Source of the DNA: Verrucomicrobiota bacterium
GTDB taxonomy: Bacteria; Verrucomicrobiota; Lentisphaeria; JABSQK01; JAJFLO01
Length of the DNA stretch: 64,000 bases
Assembly (NCBI GenBank): GCA_021772635.1
Contig: JAJFLP010000108.1
Span: forward strand, 24,782 to 88,781
Reading direction: 5' to 3'
Shown: positions 60,297 through 64,000 of the stretch, one piece after another
Layout: every line of letters starts with the position of its first letter
Position numbering within the stretch: position 1 is the first letter of the stretch
Notes under the pieces: generated by a model
The model's input: only the letters and a program-made list of their open reading frames with translations
Told to the model about the DNA's origin: nothing
The model's database searches: none
Program-made: the position numbers and the translations under genes

Positions 60297-60971
60297 GTGG
60301 GACCTTTGATGCAACTTGAGTTAAAAGATATCGTAATTCAGTATAAAGCGGATTCGCCGGTTCTTGCCGATGTGAATCTCGTTTTAAATGCCGGAGATTT
60401 CGTTGTTATACACGGAGATTCCGGCAGCGGGAAGTCAAGTCTATTCCGGGTAATGACTACCCTCCAGTCGCCGCATTCGGGTGATATCGAGATAGACGGG
60501 CGGAGTATCAGCGAGTTATATATTCCCGGGGTACGTAGAGATATCGGGTACGTTCAGCAAGTTCCTGTAATGATCGCAGGATCCGTTCTCGACAACCTTA
60601 GATTTCCGTTCCAATTCCGAGCCAGCCGACGGATTCCATGTCCGACGTGCGAAGACTTCCGTAGGTCTTTGGATGAGTTCCGACTGAATGACGTCTGCTT
60701 TGAAGATGATGCTACCAAATTGTCCATCGGACAACAACAGCGGCTCGCATTAATCCGAAATATTTCCGTCGATCGACGGGTCCTCCTATGTGACGAACCA
60801 GTTTCGGCGTTGGATATAGATTCTCGAAAAGTCGTTGAAAGTAAACTCCAGCAGATTAATCGAGACCAGGGAACGACGGTCGTTTTGGTTACCCATACCG
60901 GCTTCGCTAGCAATGAATCAAGAGTTAGGTCTTATCGACTAACGGGGCATACCCTGGCTGGAGGGGAATAG
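60297..60971 (+). CDS. fetA: ABC transporter ATP-binding protein, FetA/YbbL-like
   Basis: Walker A GDSGSGKSS, signature LSIGQQQRLAL, Walker B LLCDEP. Followed by a UPF0014 permease. Confidence 0.7.
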   Translation: MGPLMQLELKDIVIQYKADSPVLADVNLVLNAGDFVVIHGDSGSGKSSLFRVMTTLQSPHSGDIEIDGRSISELYIPGVRRDIGYVQQVPVMIAGSVLDNLRFPFQFRASRRIPCPTCEDFRRSLDEFRLNDVCFEDDATKLSIGQQQRLALIRNISVDRRVLLCDEPVSALDIDSRKVVESKLQQINRDQGTTVVLVTHTGFASNESRVRSYRLTGHTLAGGE

Positions 60972-60972
60972 A

Positions 60973-61746
60973 ATGCAGATCGTTGAAATTACATCAGCGC
61001 AACTCGTCCTGTGTCTCCTGTTCGTGTTGATCGCGGGGGTTACCTCACTGGCGATGAATCTGCGCCTCGAAAAGGACCTTCTTATAGGCACACTTCGAAC
61101 CTTTGCGCAGTTGTTCCTTGTAGGATACGTACTGAAAATCGTATTCCAAATCAATGATGTATTTCTGATTCTACTATTGTATGTGTGGATGATTTTCTGG
61201 GCCGCGTATACGATTTATAGTAGGGTCAACGAACGAACGGTCCCCCTGTTCCTGCCGATATTTATTTCGATGGTTATCAGTTACATGGCAGTTTCGATTA
61301 TCGTAACCGCAGTTATCCTGCAGGTTAAACCGTGGTATACGCCGCAGTATTTCATTCCCTTGGGGGGAATGATAATTGGAAATTCTATGAACGCTATTGC
61401 GATTGCACTCGACCGATTATTTGCGGATTTGCGCAACCGGCGAAACGAAATTGAGTTGGCGTTCTCATTCGGGGCGACTTACCAGGAGGCGACGATTCAG
61501 ATTTTTCGTGACGTCGTCAAAGCGGGCATGATTCCGTCGATAAACGCGATGATGACAGTGGGGCTCGTCTTTCTCCCAGGAATGATGACCGGTCAAATCC
61601 TCGCGGGCGTGGATCCTATGACAGCAGTCGAGTATCAGATTATTATCATGCTAATGCTCGTCGCTTCAACAACCATCGGGAGTATTTTGGTTGTTTATAC
61701 GATACGAAGATTTTGTTTTACGAAGCAGCATCAACTTAGAATTTGA
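60973..61746 (+). CDS. fetB: ABC transporter permease, FetB/YbbM (UPF0014) family
   Basis: A 257-aa membrane protein with FetB-like topology, directly downstream of the ATPase. Confidence 0.6.
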   Translation: MQIVEITSAQLVLCLLFVLIAGVTSLAMNLRLEKDLLIGTLRTFAQLFLVGYVLKIVFQINDVFLILLLYVWMIFWAAYTIYSRVNERTVPLFLPIFISMVISYMAVSIIVTAVILQVKPWYTPQYFIPLGGMIIGNSMNAIAIALDRLFADLRNRRNEIELAFSFGATYQEATIQIFRDVVKAGMIPSINAMMTVGLVFLPGMMTGQILAGVDPMTAVEYQIIIMLMLVASTTIGSILVVYTIRRFCFTKQHQLRI

Positions 61747-61761
61747 GGATTTGCGAGGACT

Positions 61762-62730
61762 ATGGGACGTTGTGAGCATAACTACCTAACCTGTATCGAT
61801 CGTTTTCTGCGGTATTTGAGAACGGAGCGCGATGCATCCGAGCATACGATAAACAGTTATCGCCGTGACCTTCTGCAGTACATGGAATCAATCGGCGCAA
61901 CGGCTACGGGCGATACGAGATCTTCAGATGAGCTTTTTAATCTCCTCCTGGCGCGGAAGTTTCTGGCAGACTTGACAGAGCGACAGCTGACCCGAACGTC
62001 GATATTGCGAAAGATATCGAGCTTACATTCTTTCTGCCGATTTCTGATTAGAGAGGGTGTATTAGACAACAATCCATTTCTCGGGTTAAGTACCCCAAGA
62101 AAACCCCGCAGCCTACCGAGTATTTTTTCGTTAGAGGAGGTTGAATGCTTACTTGCGGCTCCGGCTGCATACTGGCAGCGGAGGTCGGAAACCACTACGA
62201 ACGACCACAACTCTGCGGAATTTTCATTTAAGCGGGACACCGCGATCCTGGAAGTAATCTATAGCGCTGGCTTGCGTATTAGCGAGGTAACCGGGTTCAA
62301 GTTCGAGGATTTGAACCTGCATGCCGGGAGTCTTCTTGTTCGGGGTAAGGGGAAGAAGGAGAGAATTGGACTGTTGGGGAAGCCGGCAATCCGCGCGTTG
62401 GACGCGTACCTGGAATCGCGTGAACTTAAGGGGTTTGGAAAGAAGCATTCGAACGGACCAATATTCCTCAATCAAAAGGGAAAGTCGATTACGCCGCGGT
62501 CTATACAACGATTCTTTAAGGTATACCTGATGGAGGCAGGGCTTCCGGCCGAATTAACGCCCCACGCTCTCCGGCACTCGTTCGCAACTCATCTCCTCGA
62601 TTGCGGAGCCGATCTCCGAAGCGTGCAAGAAATGCTTGGACATGCAAGCCCGTCGACGACCCAAATCTATACTCATATTAGCGCCGAGCGACTGATCGCT
62701 GTCTACGAAAAAAACCATCCGCGAGCATGA
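61762..62730 (+). CDS. xerC: Tyrosine recombinase XerC/XerD family
   Basis: N-terminal SAM-like core-binding domain (YLRTERDASEHTINSYRRDL) and the catalytic C-terminus HALRHSFATHLL...LGHASPSTTQIYTHI. It carries an internal insertion of about 30 aa relative to typical Xer proteins. Confidence 0.75.
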   Translation: MGRCEHNYLTCIDRFLRYLRTERDASEHTINSYRRDLLQYMESIGATATGDTRSSDELFNLLLARKFLADLTERQLTRTSILRKISSLHSFCRFLIREGVLDNNPFLGLSTPRKPRSLPSIFSLEEVECLLAAPAAYWQRRSETTTNDHNSAEFSFKRDTAILEVIYSAGLRISEVTGFKFEDLNLHAGSLLVRGKGKKERIGLLGKPAIRALDAYLESRELKGFGKKHSNGPIFLNQKGKSITPRSIQRFFKVYLMEAGLPAELTPHALRHSFATHLLDCGADLRSVQEMLGHASPSTTQIYTHISAERLIAVYEKNHPRA

Positions 62731-62938
62731 CCCCCCCCAAAAAAAACGGTTTTATTCTCGGACCGTTGCCGTGTTTGCTACGCTTGACGACGATGCGACA
62801 GTATCGCCTTACATGTGACGCTGCACCTGACAAGGTAAAAATACGACTCGCAAAATATCAATTATTCATGCAATCAGGCTAGTGTGCATAATGTAGGCTA
62901 GTGTGGTGTCCCTTGCGGGCTTGTCTCGCGATCGTTTG

Positions 62939-63322
62939 TTACGGCGAACGAGTGCTATCCAACTGCACGCGTAGCATTTTTACTCGATACCAACCGATGA
63001 ATAACGCGAAGGCCAGCGCGCAGAAGTAAAACCCGTAATGATCATGGTCTACAGGCAGGACTGTTTCCAAGAGAATATCGAGTATGACCAGGAATCGCCA
63101 ACTTAGCTCCCATCTGTTAATGAAATATCCGTCAGCATTGAATCGGTGGACTGCGATCAACAGAATCACTACGACAATAATTCCGCTACCGACAATGTAA
63201 GTGCGATCCATCCACATCCAGATGTGGAACACCGCTAGATACACGGCAAGCAGGATTAGATCGAAGGTCCAGTTTTTCAAACTTGGAATTGCCGTGTTCG
63301 TCCCGGACGGTTCGGAAATCAT
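62939..63322 (-). CDS. Hypothetical membrane protein (about 3 transmembrane helices)
   Basis: ORF coupled to the upstream receiver gene by a 4-bp overlap. Confidence 0.4.
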   Translation of the reverse strand: MISEPSGTNTAIPSLKNWTFDLILLAVYLAVFHIWMWMDRTYIVGSGIIVVVILLIAVHRFNADGYFINRWELSWRFLVILDILLETVLPVDHDHYGFYFCALAFALFIGWYRVKMLRVQLDSTRSP

Positions 63323-63690
63323 GTCTCCTCGAGAAGTTCTTTCGTGATCGCGATCAAGGCAACGGACGAAATAGGCTTGGGATGACAGCGATCCGCGCCC
63401 ACGTCAAGTGCGGATTCCAGAACGCTTTCCGAATCTACAATTCCGCCGCCTGAGAGCGCTAAGATCTTAATCAGCGGAAACTCGCGGCGAATTTCGGCGG
63501 TGATCTCCAGTCCGTCTTTCCCGGGCATAAATATATCGGTAATAACTAAATCAACCGATCGGGCGCGTAATTTCTCCATCACCAACATTCCGTTCTCGGC
63601 AATATCGACTGCGTAGCCCTTTGCTTCCAGGATCGCACGGATTGACCGTCTGACCAACTCGTCGTCATCTATGAGTAAGATATTAGCCAT
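63319..63690 (-). CDS. Single-domain response regulator (CheY-like receiver)
   Basis: ILLIDDD...VITDIFMPGKDG...ILALSG. Paralogous to the regulator at 52241-52612. Confidence 0.8.
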   Translation of the reverse strand: MANILLIDDDELVRRSIRAILEAKGYAVDIAENGMLVMEKLRARSVDLVITDIFMPGKDGLEITAEIRREFPLIKILALSGGGIVDSESVLESALDVGADRCHPKPISSVALIAITKELLEET

Positions 63691-63791
63691 AACTTCGGCA
63701 GCCTCGATTTATGGCGGGATTCGCGAGGGATGGACCACACGTTTCTGTGAGGTATCGCAGATTACCAGTAGAGCCGCCGTACCGTATATAA

Positions 63792-63865
63792 TGGAGCGGG
63801 TGGAGGGAATCGAACCCTCGTAATCAGCTTGGAAGGCTGGGGCTCTACCATTGAGCTACACCCGC
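63792..63865 (-). tRNA. tRNA-Gly (anticodon UCC)
   Basis: Reverse complement reads GCGGGUG-UA-GCUC-AAUGGUA-GAGC-C-CCAGC-CUUCCAA-GCUGA-UUAC-GAGGG-UUCGAUU-CCCUC-CACCCGC-U-CCA. It resembles bacterial tRNA-Gly isoacceptors. Confidence 0.85.
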
Positions 63866-63880
63866 CGCGACTGGTACTGG

Positions 63881-64000
63881 TTAGCACTATAATTTACCGA
63901 ACGTCTTCATCCCGCATGCGGGACGAAATATTTTCGATATCCCTTAGGTAATGAATTCGAAGTCGGCTCTCAGTATTCTCGGAGTCCGCTTATGCGGACC
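63881..64000. repeat. Composite repeat (T hairpin, the GATATCCCTTAGGTAATGAATTCGAAGTC module and the S hairpin), truncated by the window edge
   Basis: Near-identical to 46325-46445. Confidence 0.75.

Overview
This 64-kb window is bacterial chromosomal DNA at roughly 50% GC, with dense housekeeping genes on both strands. I could not place the lineage. It reads like a Gram-negative, possibly PVC-group or candidate-phylum genome, judged by the outer-membrane beta-barrel, PpiD, the O-antigen ligase and a RodZ-like gene. Recognisable genes include tsaD, a C-terminal processing protease, a MOP flippase, gltBD glutamate synthase, and an addB-addA pair followed by a Mre11/SbcD-like and a Rad50/SbcC-like gene. 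Further along are an M20 peptidase, bioH-bioC, msrA, hemH, a vapBC toxin-antitoxin pair, der, maf, an ybaB-dnaX locus with a probable SRP RNA upstream, comFC, a stand-alone murG, a PpiD-like foldase, rubredoxin, a WecA/MraY-family transferase, nadC, fetAB, xerC, four single-domain response regulators and two tRNAs (Ala-CGC and Gly-UCC). The most unusual feature is not a gene. Almost every intergenic region is filled with copies of a modular, palindrome-rich family of short interspersed repeats, at least five sequence modules combined in different orders and orientations. These include a 14-bp perfect palindrome (TACTGCATGCAGTA), a 30-bp perfect palindrome (CCGGCATTCTGCTGGCCAGCAGAATGCCGG) and bulged double hairpins. 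Large composite arrays sit at 1-700, 5440-6215, 46320-46490, 53205-53545 and 63880-64000. This looks like a REP/BIME/BOX/Correia-type mosaic element system that I cannot match to a named family. Second most interesting is the addB-addA-sbcD-like-sbcC-like block, whose Rad50-like ATPase carries a transmembrane hairpin where a zinc hook would be, plus a roughly 300-aa C-terminal extension. No CRISPR array, integrase-bounded island, prophage or rRNA was found.
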